Below are positions 23,568 through 36,100 of a stretch of 49,488 nucleotides of DNA, piece after piece. The stretch's first letter is position 1. The number at the start of each line of letters is the position of its first letter. The notes under the pieces were generated by a model. That model was not told the origin of the DNA, ran no database searches, and was given only the letters and a program-made list of their open reading frames with translations. The stretch is from Parvularia atlantis (taxonomy: Eukaryota). A program made the translations under genes and the position numbers. The DNA lies in contig CALSCO010000763.1 in the NCBI GenBank assembly GCA_943704415.1, positions 1 to 49,488 on the forward strand, given 5' to 3'.

Positions 23568-25735
23568 ATGAGCAGCGGTGAGTACTACACGGCGCTGTAC
23601 GACTACCAGGCCACGTCGGCCAACGGGCTGCACCTGCGCCGCGGCGAGACCGTGATCGTCTACGACAAGAGCGGTGCGTTGCTCGCTCGTAATCTTGCCC
23701 CCTCCCCCCACCACGCGCATAGTGCCAACACATCCACCGCGCGCAGCCGGCAACGGATGGTTCAGCGGCGAGGCGAGCCTCGGCTTTGGCTGGTTTCCCG
23801 AGAGCTACGTGAGCAAGCAAGACGTGCGTCGTGGGCGCGTGCGGCGTGCGCGAACGCTGCTCAGTGTCCGCGAACGCGCCAGACCACCGGCGGGCCCGTG
23901 CCGCTCGGCTGGCAGATCTGCACGGACGAGGGCGGGCGCGTGTACTACGTCGACGTGATGACGCAGCAGACGTCGTGGTCCAAGCCGACGGCGCCGTCCA
24001 AGGCGTCGGCGGGTGCGTGCCGCCCACGGCACGTGCGCGGGATGCCGACAACGACGACGGCGCGCACGGACGCAGTCCAGGACAACGCCGCGGGCGAGCA
24101 GCCGGCCGCAACGCAGCAGCACACGCAGCACACGCAGCAGCAGCAGCAGTACGCGCAGCAGGGCGACGCGGGCGCCGAGCCGCCCCGGGAGCCGGTCCCC
24201 GCCCCTGCCGTACGTCTGCGGTCGAGACCGCGACGTCGCTCACGGGCCGCGCCCCGCAGGAGCCCGTCGTGGTGCAGGTCGACGACCGGCAGTTTGCGGT
24301 CGACCCCAACGGCAAGATCACGTACCTCGACAACTTCTGGGTGCGCGCTCGCGAAGCACAGCGGCGACGGCGCGTGCAGCCCAACACCCGCGCGCAGAGC
24401 GACCGCGACGCGACCACGAGCGGCTTTGACGTGCTCGTGCTCAAGCACCGCAACGGCAAGGAGGTGCTCAAGGAAATCTCCGAGTGGATGCGCGAGCGGT
24501 GCGTGCGAGCTGCGCGTGTGCGCGGGACCGAGCGTTGCGCCCGCAGCGCCGCCGTCGAGGATAGGTACGCCAAGGATCTGCTCAAGCTGGGCAAGTCGCC
24601 GCTGGGCAACCTCGAGGAAGGGTGCGCGTGCGCGCGCGCGCGCTGCGTGGTATGCCCCCCAGCCCTGCTCAGCCGCACGCACGCCCGCAGCACGATGAAG
24701 ACCGCATGGAACCAGGTCAAGTTTGAGATCGAGGGCCAGTCGCGCGTGCACCTGCAGATGTCGCAGGACGTGCTCGACCTGGTCGAGAAGCCGCTGCTCG
24801 CGTTCAAGGACCAGCAGAAGAAGAAGCGCAAGGACGTGCGTGCGCGCGCGCGCGTGCCCGTGCCGCTTCCCTTTGTGCTCATGCGGGAGCAACGCAGTTC
24901 GAAGCCACGATCGCCAAGGACCGCAAGAACATGGCCATGAAGGATGAGGCGGCCGAGAAGGTGCGCGTGCGGTCCCACGCGTCGGCCCGCATGCTGAGCG
25001 CACGGCCAGGCCCGCAAGCTATACATGCAGAAGATGAAGGATGCCGACGTGGCCGAGGCGCAGCTTGCCAAGGCCGACAACAAGGACGTCGGCCGGGTGC
25101 GCGGCCCGTTTGGGCGCGGACGCCGCTGACTAACCCGCGCTGCCGCGTAGCTCACGGACCTTGCCAAGGCCGAGCGCAAGAAGGCGACGCAGGCCGGTGC
25201 GGTGCCCGCCTGTACGGCGGTCTGGCGAGGCGGCCGCTTGACCGTCGTGCGCAGGCCTCGACTACAAGAAGGCCGTAGACGAGTACGATGTCGTGCGCAG
25301 GCAGTGGGAGGACGACATGAACCTCGCGGCGCTGGTGCGGCGCGCGAACGTGTGCGCGCTCGCTCGCGGCGCCAACTCGACCCGCACGCCGCAGGACTTC
25401 CAAGAGGCCGAGGAGGAGCGCATCCAGCAGCTGCGCCAGAGCTTAGAAACGTACCTCGACGCCGCCAAGCGCCTGCGCGACCGGCTACAACAGGCGCGCC
25501 CGCTGCCCCCCGCGCGCTTCTGGCCGCCACCTGATCGGTGCTCACGCAGGCGTCCGAGATGGTGCGCTCGAGCGTGCAGGCCGTGTCGACCGAAGTCGAC
25601 GTGGACATGTTTGTGAAGGCCAAGGTGCTGCGCAGGGGGGGCTGTGCCGCTGCGCTCCCGTCACTGACGCGTCGGCAGGGCACGGGCACGCGCAAGCCGC
25701 CGACGGTCACGTTCAAACAGTACGGCACCAAGTGA
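23568..25735 (+). CDS. GAS7: GAS7-like SH3-WW-F-BAR protein, multi-exon
   Basis: SH3 (ALYDYQA..LHLRRGE..GWF..GWFPESYV); WW (VPLGWQICTDEGGRVYYVDVMTQQTSWSKP); FCH/F-BAR (YLDNFW|..GFDVL..EISEWMRER..EDRYAKDLLKL..TMKTAWNQVK..VEKPL..FQEAEEERI). Confidence 0.85.
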
Positions 25736-25919
25736 GCCGTGCGCGTCCCAGCTTCTGTCGTCCCTCGCTCCATGTGTCTTTGCTCTGATGAGTTCCGTTA
25801 TCGAGCTTTGCGGCACACAACAGGCGCGGCTCAATCGTGCATGATCGTTACTGGCGCGTGAGCGCGACACACAGCAGGCGAGGTTGTGCTCTATCATGAT
25901 CGCCGCCGCCCCCAACCAT

Positions 25920-26971
25920 CTAGTAGCCCGCGCCCCACTGCGACGAGACCTGGACCCTCTCTGACTGCTGCTTGAGCACTTCGTACTCCTGCTGCGGGCG
26001 CTCGATCGGGCGGCGGGCCGGGTGCGTCGCGGCCGTCGCGGCGCTGACGCTCGTGGCCGTGCCGGGGCTCGAGGGCACAACATAGGTGCTCGTGGGCGCC
26101 ATCTGCTGCTGGTGCAGCAGCCCCGCGAGCGCCGGAACCAGGAGCGCAGGGTTGACAGCTGGCTGCCAGAGAACATGCGGAGCGATCCACGGCTGCGCCG
26201 GCGGCATCCACGCCGGCTGCGGCGGTGCATCGCGAACCAGCGGCGGCGAGCGCTGCGAAAGCGCGTCAGCAGTGCAACCGGCGCCGCGTGCGTGTGTGCG
26301 CACCATGCCGCGCGGCGATGGCGTCGTCGTCGTCATCGACGTCGACGTCGGTGTCGGCAAAAATACGGGCGGCTGCGGTGCCGCCGTCGTCGCCGCCGCA
26401 GCAGCAGCAGGCACGGGCGTGATCACGGTCGCAGACGGGACAAACGGCGCGGCGCTCGGCGAGAAGCGCTTGGGCGGCGGGCTGGCCACGGCCTCACGCG
26501 CAGGCGCGGTCGGCTCAGGCGGCGTGGGCTGCGGCGAGATGAGGAGCTGCGTCGGCGCGCTCTTGGTCGGCATCGTCTCCTGCGATGCGACGGGCGCGGT
26601 CGGCGAGGCGGCAGCTGTCGTGTCGGCTTCGACGTGCGCCGCGACACCGTTGGCCCTGCTCTGGCGCTTCTCGGCTGCGCGCGTGTCAGTGGCTCCAAGG
26701 GGTAGCACCGCAGCGAGCAGTCCCGCACCACGCAGCTCCTTCAGCAACGCCGTCTCCTTGTCATGCTGCGCCTTCACCTCGGGCGGGAGCGGCACGTTGA
26801 GCTCGCGCGAGATGAGCATGCGCACGGTGGTCGGCAGCATGACCGGCCGGGCGGCTTGCGAGGCGCGCGCTATCAGCAGGCGCCGACATGCACGAGCACA
26901 ACGCACGGTCGCTGTTGCTGCGGCTGGGCGAGACCTCTCTGACGCGCTCGGCGATCGTCGCCTTGGGCGAA

Positions 26972-27005
<34 letters not shown>

Positions 27006-28038
27006 ACGCCACAGTCATGCCCGACAGTGTCTCGGTCAGTGCCGACACGGATGTGAGCGCTGCATCGATGGACTGCGGCGGCGCGGCCCCTGCTGACGCG
27101 TCTCGGCCGCGGCCCGGCGACGCCCCAACGCGTGATGCAGTTGGCGCCACCGCGCCCGCGCCTCGACCGCGGCCGGCAGCGGGCGGGCTGACGCTGGCGG
27201 GCGGTGCCGCAGGCGAGGGCGTGACAGGGGTGACGGGTGTCGCGGGCGCGGCGGGCTGGGTGGCAGTCGGCGGCTTGACCGGCGTCGTGGCGCCAGATGG
27301 CGCCTTTACTGAGCCCTTGACCCGCCGCGCCTGGATGCTCGGGTGGCTCCACGCACTTACGAGCGCCGCAGCTGCGCGACGGCGCGTCAGCCGCCGCATA
27401 GCGCGACTGTCACGCTCAGCGCGCACCGTCCGCAGGCGTCGCAAGCAGCAGCAGCACCGTCCGCTCGTCCGCCCAAAAGACGCGCGCCGCCGCCTTGGCA
27501 CCCACGAGGCCCAGCAGCGCGCCCGTGTGCGTGTCGACCGGCACGCGCGAGAGCTCGACGAGGCACTCGCGCTGCTCGGGCGCGATTTCTGCGCGGCGGG
27601 CGGGCGCGCGTTGTCTGTCACACACACACGCGCACGAGACACGTTGGCGCCACGGCGCGCAGCTGCGCACACACCTGTCGTGGTGATCACATACTCAGCC
27701 GCGCGCAGCCGTCGCGCGTCCCTGCCGTCGTCCTCGTCGTCCTCGTCGTCCTCGTCGTCCTCGTCCGCCCTGAGCAGGAACGGGTTGGGCGCGCGCGTGA
27801 CCGTAGCGACGTGCGTGGCGCCGTCGTACAGCACCGTCGGCAGCGCGCTCAGCGAGGCTGCGGCGCGGCGCGCGGCGTGCGGCGCGGCGTCAAGAGCGAG
27901 GTGGCAAACCACGCGCACGCCCCGCACGCACGGTGCCGGCGGCGCGCGGCGTCCGAGGCGGTCGCGAGCGGGCGCGCCATTGACGGACGAGTTGGCGCGA
28001 GCGAAGTGTGTGACAGGTGGCCATGATGAGGATGGCAT
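25920..28038 (-). CDS. R3HCC1-like RNA-associated protein with a PAM2-like motif (start uncertain)
   Basis: An RRM-like segment (RVFWADERTVLLLLATPAD|AAAALVSAWSHPSIQARRV) and a later helix (ARPVMLPTTVRMLISRELNV..KETALLKELR..KRQ) resemble, from memory, the two conserved blocks of R3HCC1/R3HCC1L. Acidic and Pro/Ala-rich linkers lie between them. Confidence 0.55.
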
Positions 28039-28420
28039 GGCACAGGCTGAGCGTACCGGACCGCCCGTTCTTGCCCACGCACCGACGATGCCCGGGCCAG
28101 CCGCGGTCGAAGGGTCGCCGGTTCTGGAGGCAGCGGCCGCCCAGGCCAAGGAGTTTGCTTGGAAGTCAGTGCTTTCAGCCTGAGCAGCCGGCGGCGCGCA
28201 ACGACGCCGAACAGCGACCTGCCATCCAACAACGGTTGGCATCGGCCCTCCTCCTCGGACCCCTAGTTCTTCTCTTTGCCTTCACGCTCGCTTTCTGGCG
28301 GCGCCGCTGGCCGCGCTGGCCGCAGTGTGTCACAAAACGACTCTCCATGCATTCAAATCGCGCAAACGTCATGGCCGCGCACTGATCGCTCACATACTCA
28401 GAGCGCCCACCGCCCACCGG

Positions 28421-29785
28421 ATGCTGCGCGTGCTGCTGCTCGGCCAGCTGCTGGCGCTGCTCATCGCAGGTGCGCCGCAGCGGGTTAGCCGTGCACCGCA
28501 TGACGCCCGATGCACGGCTCAGGCACGGGACTCACGTCCGAGCTGCTCGCGTCGAGCTACGGCGTGGCGCTGCCGACGACGCAGAGCCTGCTCAACTACG
28601 GGCTCATCCTGCTCGTGTACTTGCCGTGGCTGGTCGTGCGCGAGCGCGCCTTCTTTCGCGGGTCGACGCTGCGCCGCCGCTGGTGGCTGTACCTGCTGAT
28701 GGCCGTGGTGGACGTCGAGGCCAACTACGTCGTTGTGCTGGTGCGCTGCTGGCTGGCGGCGCGCGCGACGGCGTTGACGCGGCGAGCGCAGGCGTACCAG
28801 TACACGAGCATCACGTCGATCATGCTCATCGACTGCTTCTCGATCGTGGTCGTCATGCTGCTGTCGCGCGTCGTCTTCCGCGCGACGTACCGGTGGCAGC
28901 AGCTCGGCGGCGTCGGCGTGTGCATCCTCGGGATTGTCCTGCTCGTCGTCGCCGACATCCTCACGGGGCGCAGCCAGTCGCACGGTGCGCGCTGGTGCAG
29001 CGCGTGCCCGTGCACCTCACGCCCCGCGCGCGCGCACAGCACCCAACCCGCTCCTCGGCGATCTGCTGTGCCTGGTGTCGGCCACGCTCTACGGCTGCAG
29101 CAACGTCATCGAGGAGCTGCTCGTCAAGGAGGCCGGCGGGCTACCGTTCCTGGGCATGCTCGGTCTCCTGGCCGTGCCCATCAGCGCGCTGCAGAGGTGC
29201 GACGGCGTGCGGCCTCCGCGCGCAGCGAGCGGCTGACACAAACGCGCGCAGCGGCCTGCTGGAGGGGCACCTGTGGAGCAGCACGCCGTGGAACACGCCG
29301 GTCGGTGCGTGCACGCGCGCGCGGCAGCTCGCGGCGTTGTTGACCCAGAGGTAGTGCTGCTCATGGTCGGGTTTGCGCTGTGCCTGTTCTTGCTATACTC
29401 GCTCGTGCCCGCGTTCCTGCGCCAGGCCGGCGCGACACCGCTCAACCTGTCGCTACTCACGTCGGACTTTTACGGCCTGCTCATCGGCATCTTCCTGTTC
29501 CAGTTCCAGGTGCGGCCTCTCGCGCCGCGCATGCGCGCTGCCGGTTGCTGAGTGCGACGCGGCCAGGTCAACCTGCTGTACGCGCTTGCGTTTGTGATGG
29601 TCATTGGCGGCGTGGTCATCTACGAGCGCTACCCGGCACCGGACGCGCACGCGGGCCACGAGCTGCTACGCGATGTTGACGACGACGACGCGGCCGCCGT
29701 GTCGAACGAGTTTGCGCGGGCCGTGAGCAACAACAGTCGCGACGACGGCCTAGACGAGAGCAAAGAGCTGATGGGCACTGTGTAG
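28421..29785 (+). CDS. SLC35F2: SLC35F1/F2-family (DUF914) transporter, multi-exon
   Basis: LLLGQLLALLIA|GTGLTS..PTTQSLLNY..WWLYLLMAVVDVEANYVVVL|AYQYTSITSIMLIDC..GDLLCLVSATLYGCSNVIEE..NLSLLTSDFYGLLIG. Confidence 0.92.
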
Positions 29786-29888
29786 CATGTATCATGTGAT
29801 CCTGTGATGTCACCGTGTCACGGAACTGATTCGTGACACTTCTCGCGCAGCCGCCGCAGGGCCTGGCACACGACGCGCGCGCAGACGA

Positions 29889-32800
29889 GATGGCCGTCCC
29901 GTGCGCACGCCTCTCCGCCCGCCCAGCCCCGTGCCGGCCACTGACGCGTGCGCGCGCACAGGATCAACCGCGAGCGCACGTTCAAGCTGCTGTGCGCTTT
30001 CGATGGCGTGCGCACAGAAACAAGCGATGACCCGCGTCGTCGCGCAGCGCCGACAACATGAAGCTCTCCTTCCCGAACGAGTCGCCCGAGCGCATCGAGC
30101 AGGTCGTGCGCGAGCTCGAGGAAGAGGCGTTCCGTGACGCAAACGGCGACGCGAAGGTGCGCGCGCGGCCGTGACGCAAGACGCCGCGCTTCACCCGCAA
30201 CGCCGCGCAGGTCTACACCAAGCTGTGTGCCGAGCGCGCGTACCAGTTCAAGGCGGCCAGTACGCCTCGCGCGGTTCTTTGCGTAGTGCAGCTGACGTGG
30301 ATAGCAGCGCTCGCCAAGGTCGACAACGCCAACGCCTCCACCGCCGCGGCGCGCGTGCAGGTCTGGTGCCGCCCAGCGCAACGCCGTCGCTGCTCACGCC
30401 AGAACGCGTGCACACCAGGCACAGGCGCAAGCACAGGCGCAGGTGCAGGCCCTGGCGCAGGCGCACGCGCAGGCCGCACGTGCGCAGATGGCCCGGCCGC
30501 CCGCCATCACGCCGCCGAGCATCACGCGCGCGCTGCAACAGCCTGGGCCGGCCGCGGCCGCCGTGGTGGCGCAATACCAGCAGCAACAGCAGCAACCACA
30601 GCAGCAGCAATTGCACATGCAGCAACAACTGCAACAGCAGCAGATGGTGTGCGGGCTGCAGGGTCGCAGCGGCGCACTCGGCTGACCCCGCGCGTGCACA
30701 GCAGGCGAGTCGCACAAGACCACCAGCACTCGCCGTCACTGCCGACGCTGGCATACCTGGTGCTGCTGCTGTTGCTGCCGCTGCCGCTCTGGGCGCGACG
30801 GCACGGGTGGCGGCCCCAGCAGCAGTGCCAGGCGCACAGCCCGGCGCAGCACAGCAGCCGCGGCCCGGCGTTGCTGCGCGCCCGGTGAGTTGCTCGCCGC
30901 CGTACCGTGCCGTGCCGTGTGCTGACGCGTGCGTGCGTGCTTCAGGGCTCTACCTTTGAGGCGATCAGTAAGTCGGCCGCCGCGCCTTGCGCAGCTGACG
31001 CGACGGCGCGCGCGCACAGCCAAACAGAAGGCGCGCGAGCTCACGCCCGAGCACGTCGAGCTGTTCATGCAGCGCGTGCGTTCCACCCACCGCAGCGCAG
31101 TGCAGCGCAGCGCGGCATACTTACGCTCGCCGCAGATGGCCGACTACCAGCGCTTTGCCAAGCAGCACCAGTTCTTCATCAAAGAGTACTACGCCAAGCT
31201 CCAGAGCAAGCAGCTCACGCCACTGGAGGAGCAGACGCTGACGCGCGTTGTGGATCTGGTAACACGCGCTTCGCACTGCAGCGGGACGCGAGCGCCTGAA
31301 CCGTGCACGCTCTCGCGCGCGCGCCCTATTGCAGGTGCAGTCGTTCAACCACATCGCCAGCTCGGCCAAGAAGAACTTGTACCTGCTCGAGCCCCACCAG
31401 GTCGAACAGCTGCTCAAGCAGCTGCACGACTCGTTCACGTGCGCGCGGCGGCCCCGCTGGTCGCACCGCTGCTCACAGCCATCCGCAGCAAATTTGCCGA
31501 GAGCGTCGCGCTGACGGAGCAGCAGCAGGGCAACGTGCAGGCCACCGCAGTCGCCACACAGGCCGCCGTCCTGTCGATCATGCACGCGCCCGGTGCGCCC
31601 GCGGTCCCCGCCGCGGGGCCTGCTCCTGGGCCTGCTGCTGGGCCGTCGCAGCCGGTGCGCAGGCGCGCGTGTGTGATCTGCCGTCTCGCTCAGGCCCCCG
31701 GTGCAGCAGGGCATGCGGCCGGTAGCCGTGCCCGCTGTTCCCGCCGCAGTCGTCAGGCCACCGCAATCCGTGCCCGCAGCGATCCCGGCCGCACAACGCC
31801 CACGACCGCCCCTGCCGGCCCAGGTGGCCGCGGCGGGCGTCTCGGGTCTTGGCACGGCGAGCGTCCCCATGACGATCTCGACGCCACCCGCTTCGGTCGT
31901 CGCAACTGACGCTGTGCGGCACTGCGTGCTGGTGGTACAGCATGCTGTCCCCTGACACACTCGCACACGCCCCGCAGTTGGGCGACAGCGTGCGACCCGC
32001 TGCGCCTGTGCGCCCGCCTGCGCCGCCCGTGATCACGTCGGTGCTGCCCATCTTCACGTCCACGCCCGCGCCGATCTCACCCAGCCAGACCGCCTCGGTG
32101 CGCGCGCCGTGCCAGACGTCGTCGCTGCCGCCGCTGAACACCTCGTGTGTGCAGGCTGTCAAGCATAGCCTGCCCGTGCCGCCGGTCGACGGCTTCCGCG
32201 CGCCGCACGAGCAGCTGCTCTTCCTCACGCGCGAGATCGGCGACTCGTCCTCGCTCGCGCGCCTGCTGGAAGCCGCCTTCCAGCCCGTGCTCGTCGTCCT
32301 CCCGCACATCTCGCAGCCGCAGCGCGCCAGCGGTTCCAACATCAACGTGCTCGACCGCGAGCACAACGCCCGCAAGCGCGCGCGCACCGATAGCGGCAGC
32401 CGCCCCTGGTTTGACCAGCCGTGGGAGCCGCGGGGGGCCGGCAGCACCTCGCCCGTGTCGTCTTCTTCTGCTGCACCCACGTCGCAAGCGCCAGTCGCTG
32501 CCGCCGCCCGCACCCTGTCCATGCGCAAGACCTCGACCGCGCTCTCGACCGAGGCGCTCGCCGCCAGCCTGCCGCGCGACTTTCCCGTACGCTACGAGAT
32601 GCTCTCGCACGACCGCGTGCGGCTCGAGCCCGGCGCGCCAAACGACACCGTCGCCGTGCTGTTTACCTTTGGTGCGCGCTTGCGACCCGCGCGAGCGCAG
32701 TTGCTCGCTCACTTCTTGGCCGAGCGCAGCCGCGCGCCTGGGCGACGTGCGCGTGGTCATGACGTTCTCGGACAGGTACCCCGCCGACGAGCCGTCGTAC

Positions 32801-33061
32801 TCGTTCGTGTCACCGCGTCTCGGTGCGCTGCGCCCTTACTGCTGCTCGTGCCGTTGCACTTATCACTGGCCCACGCGCAGACGCCGATGGCCCACTCGTG
32901 CCCGTGCTGCAGCAGATACGGCAGCGCCTCAGCACGCTCGTTCGGCCTGTGCCGCTGGCCGAGCACCTGAGCACCTTTGTGCGTGCCGTGTGCCATGGGC
33001 GCCCCGCGTGCGGCTCACGCTCCGCGCACAGCGAGCCGTGCTCGACGCCGTCAGCGCCTAG
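29889..33061 (+). CDS. MED15: Mediator subunit 15-like (KIX-like N-terminus, Gln-rich region, conserved C-terminal domain), multi-exon
   Basis: The N-terminal helices RERTFKLLADNMK..IEQVVRELEEEAFRDANGD..YTKLCAERAYQ are KIX-like. A poly-Q/Ala/Pro middle follows. The C-terminus VRVVMTFSDRYPADEP..IRQRLSTL..LAEHLSTF..AV resembles the Med15 C-terminal fold. Confidence 0.65.
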
Positions 33062-33134
33062 AGACGCGTGGCCTAGGCCTACTGTGCAGTCATCTTTCTG
33101 TGCAAAGGCGGCGCGCGAAACAAAGATGAGGGGA

Positions 33135-36100
33135 TCAGCTGGCGGTGGCTCTGCTCGTGCCGGCGACGGGCATCGGGCTTACGATGATCTCGCGCACGCG
33201 CGCGATCTTGAACGCGGCCAGGCTGCTGCGTGCTATCGTCGCGCGCCGCGTCAGCACGCGCCCCGCAGGTCACACCCCTAGGGCAGCACGCACCCGTGTC
33301 GAGGAAGAGCTTGGCCTGGTGGCACAGGCTCGGGTCGTCAAACTCAAACTTGGCGCTCCAGTTGGTCACGGGCGGCGGGCGGGCCACGCGGCCGGCCGCC
33401 GTCGCAGGCCCCGCGGCAGTGCTAGCGTGGCTCACGGTCACGTCGAGGCATGCGTCGTGGCGCTTGTCGACGTCGGCCAGCACGGCCGGCAGCGGCGCGA
33501 CCTCGCGCACGACGCCATAGCCGGGCCGGTTGATGTCGGTCTCGGCCAGGATGAGGCGAAAGTCGTCGACGATGAGCAGGCGCGGCAGGCGGAAACCGTC
33601 CTTGTCGACGACGGTACAGCGCAGCGTGTTGACGTGGCTGAGCTCGAGCAGGTCGTTCGGCTGGATCGGCACCGACGGCTGCACGAGCGGCACAATCGAC
33701 ACCTCAAGCTGGTTGAACAGCTTGTTGCGGCACGAGCGCAAGTAGAGGAAGTCGATAATGCTCTTGCGTATCCGCTCGGCGTCGTTGCTCGGCAGGCGCC
33801 GCTGCAGCTCCAGCCCAGCCACAGGGAAGGCCAGCGGCGGCAGCGCCACGGACGGGTCCATGACCAGTCGCGAGATGTCGGCGTCTGCGGCACACCGTTT
33901 GTCAGCGGCACCGACGGCGGCGATGACGTGCACCCTTCTGCGTCCGGCACGTGTCCTCAAAGATCTCCACAAACTGCTCGGCAAAAACGTTGAGCAGCGT
34001 CACCAGCGATGCCTTCATCAGCTCCTCGGTTTCCTGCGCGCCAGCCCTGTCAGCAGCCGCGATGGCAGGCAGCATGACGCACCCGGAATAGCTGCAGGTG
34101 CGCCGGCGTGAGGCACGTCGCCATCGCCTTGGCGTACACAAGCTCGAGCATGACCGAGATCGCGCCCGAGATCGTCACCGACCGGCACGAGCCGTACGAC
34201 GGCAGCAGTGTGCGCAGCACACGCTCGACCAGCTCGGTGTTGTACATCGTCTCCTGCGTGTGTGCGCTCGCGGTCAGCGCGAGCTGGCCGGTCACGGTGG
34301 CGCGGCGGCGCACCGCTGGCTCAATGCGCAGCGACGACGGGCGTTCACGCTCGCGCATCACTGGCGACACCTTGCCGGCCTCAGTGGCGCTGTCTTTGTC
34401 CTGACGTGCGCACGCATCATCAGCGGCGACGCAACATGGCACAGGCGGCGCACCGGCAGTGGTGGCGCCTCCGAGACGGCCGAGACGGACGACGAGCTCG
34501 AACTGCCCTTGTACGCGGCGGTCATGGTGGCATCGTCCATGTCCTGCGCGCCATGGCAGATGAGCGCAGCGCGCACAGCGGACGCCACCGTTGCAGGCAC
34601 ACCGGCCGCGCGGTGCCCTCGTTGTCCGATGGCGCGGGGCTCGGTTGCTCGGGCTCGCTTGGCCGGTCGGCCGCGAGTGACGGCAGGTCGGGCAGGTGGT
34701 CGGCCGCGCCGTTGCCGTCCGGCAGGAGCGCGGTGGCCTCGCTCGGCTGCGGCGAGTTTGACACGAGCGCGTTCTGCGCGTCGTCCGGTCGGAGACACTA
34801 AGCCCAGCGCCCGAACGTGCGGCGCGCGCACCAGAATCGCCTTAGACTTCATAAGCCGGCGCGGGAAGAACGAGGCGTCTTGCAGGATCGCGGGATCGAC
34901 GACTGAGGCATGGTGGCGTCAGGGAGCGCTCAATCAACAGGGCGGCGAGGGGGCGTGCGCACCAGGATTCTTGAGGATCAGGCTCAGGAGGCAGATGGCC
35001 GGCAGGGCGTGCAGGTCGTTGGTGGACGCGTCCAAGTGGTCAAATAGGGTCTGGCGGAACACGTTCTTGACCGAGCTGGCCGTGCGACGCCCGCTCTGTT
35101 CAGACGGGCATGAGGTGTGCGACCGCAGCGCACCGCCTCAGCGCCGCAAGCTCGCTCGGCGTGCTCCCGCTCGCGGGCAGCCGCGGCGACGGGATGATCG
35201 ACTTGGGCACAAACACAAACAGCTCTGACGAGACGCGGCCCGCGCGCCCGTCCGAGTCGACTGGCGGCCCAAGTGATCTGCGCGCCAGGTCGGTGAGTAT
35301 GGCATGCGCGCGCGCGCGCGGCTTACGCGGCCGCCACCTGGATGACACCGAGCTCGTCGGTGTGCCCGGGTGCGACAGCATCTGCGCGTGCGGGCCCTGG
35401 ACCGGTGTGGCCGCGGGGCTGTGCGTGGTCGAAGACCCCTGGGCTGACGACGGCGCCGGCCGCGCAGGCACCCGTTGCGGCAGCGGCGGCGCGCGGAAGC
35501 CGTCGGGCGATGCTACTGCGGGCGCGGGGTGAGCTCCAGCCGCCGTCTGTGTGCGGCCGCACCAGGTCCTGCTGGCCCTGCCGCGGCTGCTGGTGGGCGA
35601 AGCAGCTCCTGGTTTGATGCAAAGCCCCCGCGTTCGGACAGCGGCACGAGCTTCGTCACGGCTGCAGGCGGCGGCGGCTCGGCGTACTTGCCGATACGCA
35701 CCTGTGCACGCACACGCATCGGACGTCAGCACCGCATTCCGCGCGGCGCACGCGCAGCAGCAGCGCCACCTCCGACATCTCGTTCTGGAACTCGTCGATC
35801 AGCTCAAAGTACGCAGCCGCATTCGACGTCATGAGCACCTGCGCGCGAGACACTGTCAGCTGGGTCGGGTGCGCACCCCCGCGACCACCGGCGCACCTCG
35901 GTCAGCACGTTGATGATGGGCGGGTGGGTGAAGATCAGCATGACCTGCGCGAGAAGGTACAGCGCCACGCTGGGCAGGATGCGCGGCTCGGCCTTGTGCT
36001 GCGCGTACGTCCGCCGTGAGCTGCGGCACGCAGGCGGCGCTGCGCATGCGTCGCACCGTGTCGCTGCCCGTCAGGATGGACAGGTTGTGCGGCGGGATGA

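Noticed and set aside
23512..25773. 753-aa minus-strand ORF, and many other long Arg/Ala-rich ORFs in the six-frame track
   Set aside because: Antisense or off-frame shadows of real spliced genes. Stop codons are rare at this GC content and the translations carry no domain motifs.
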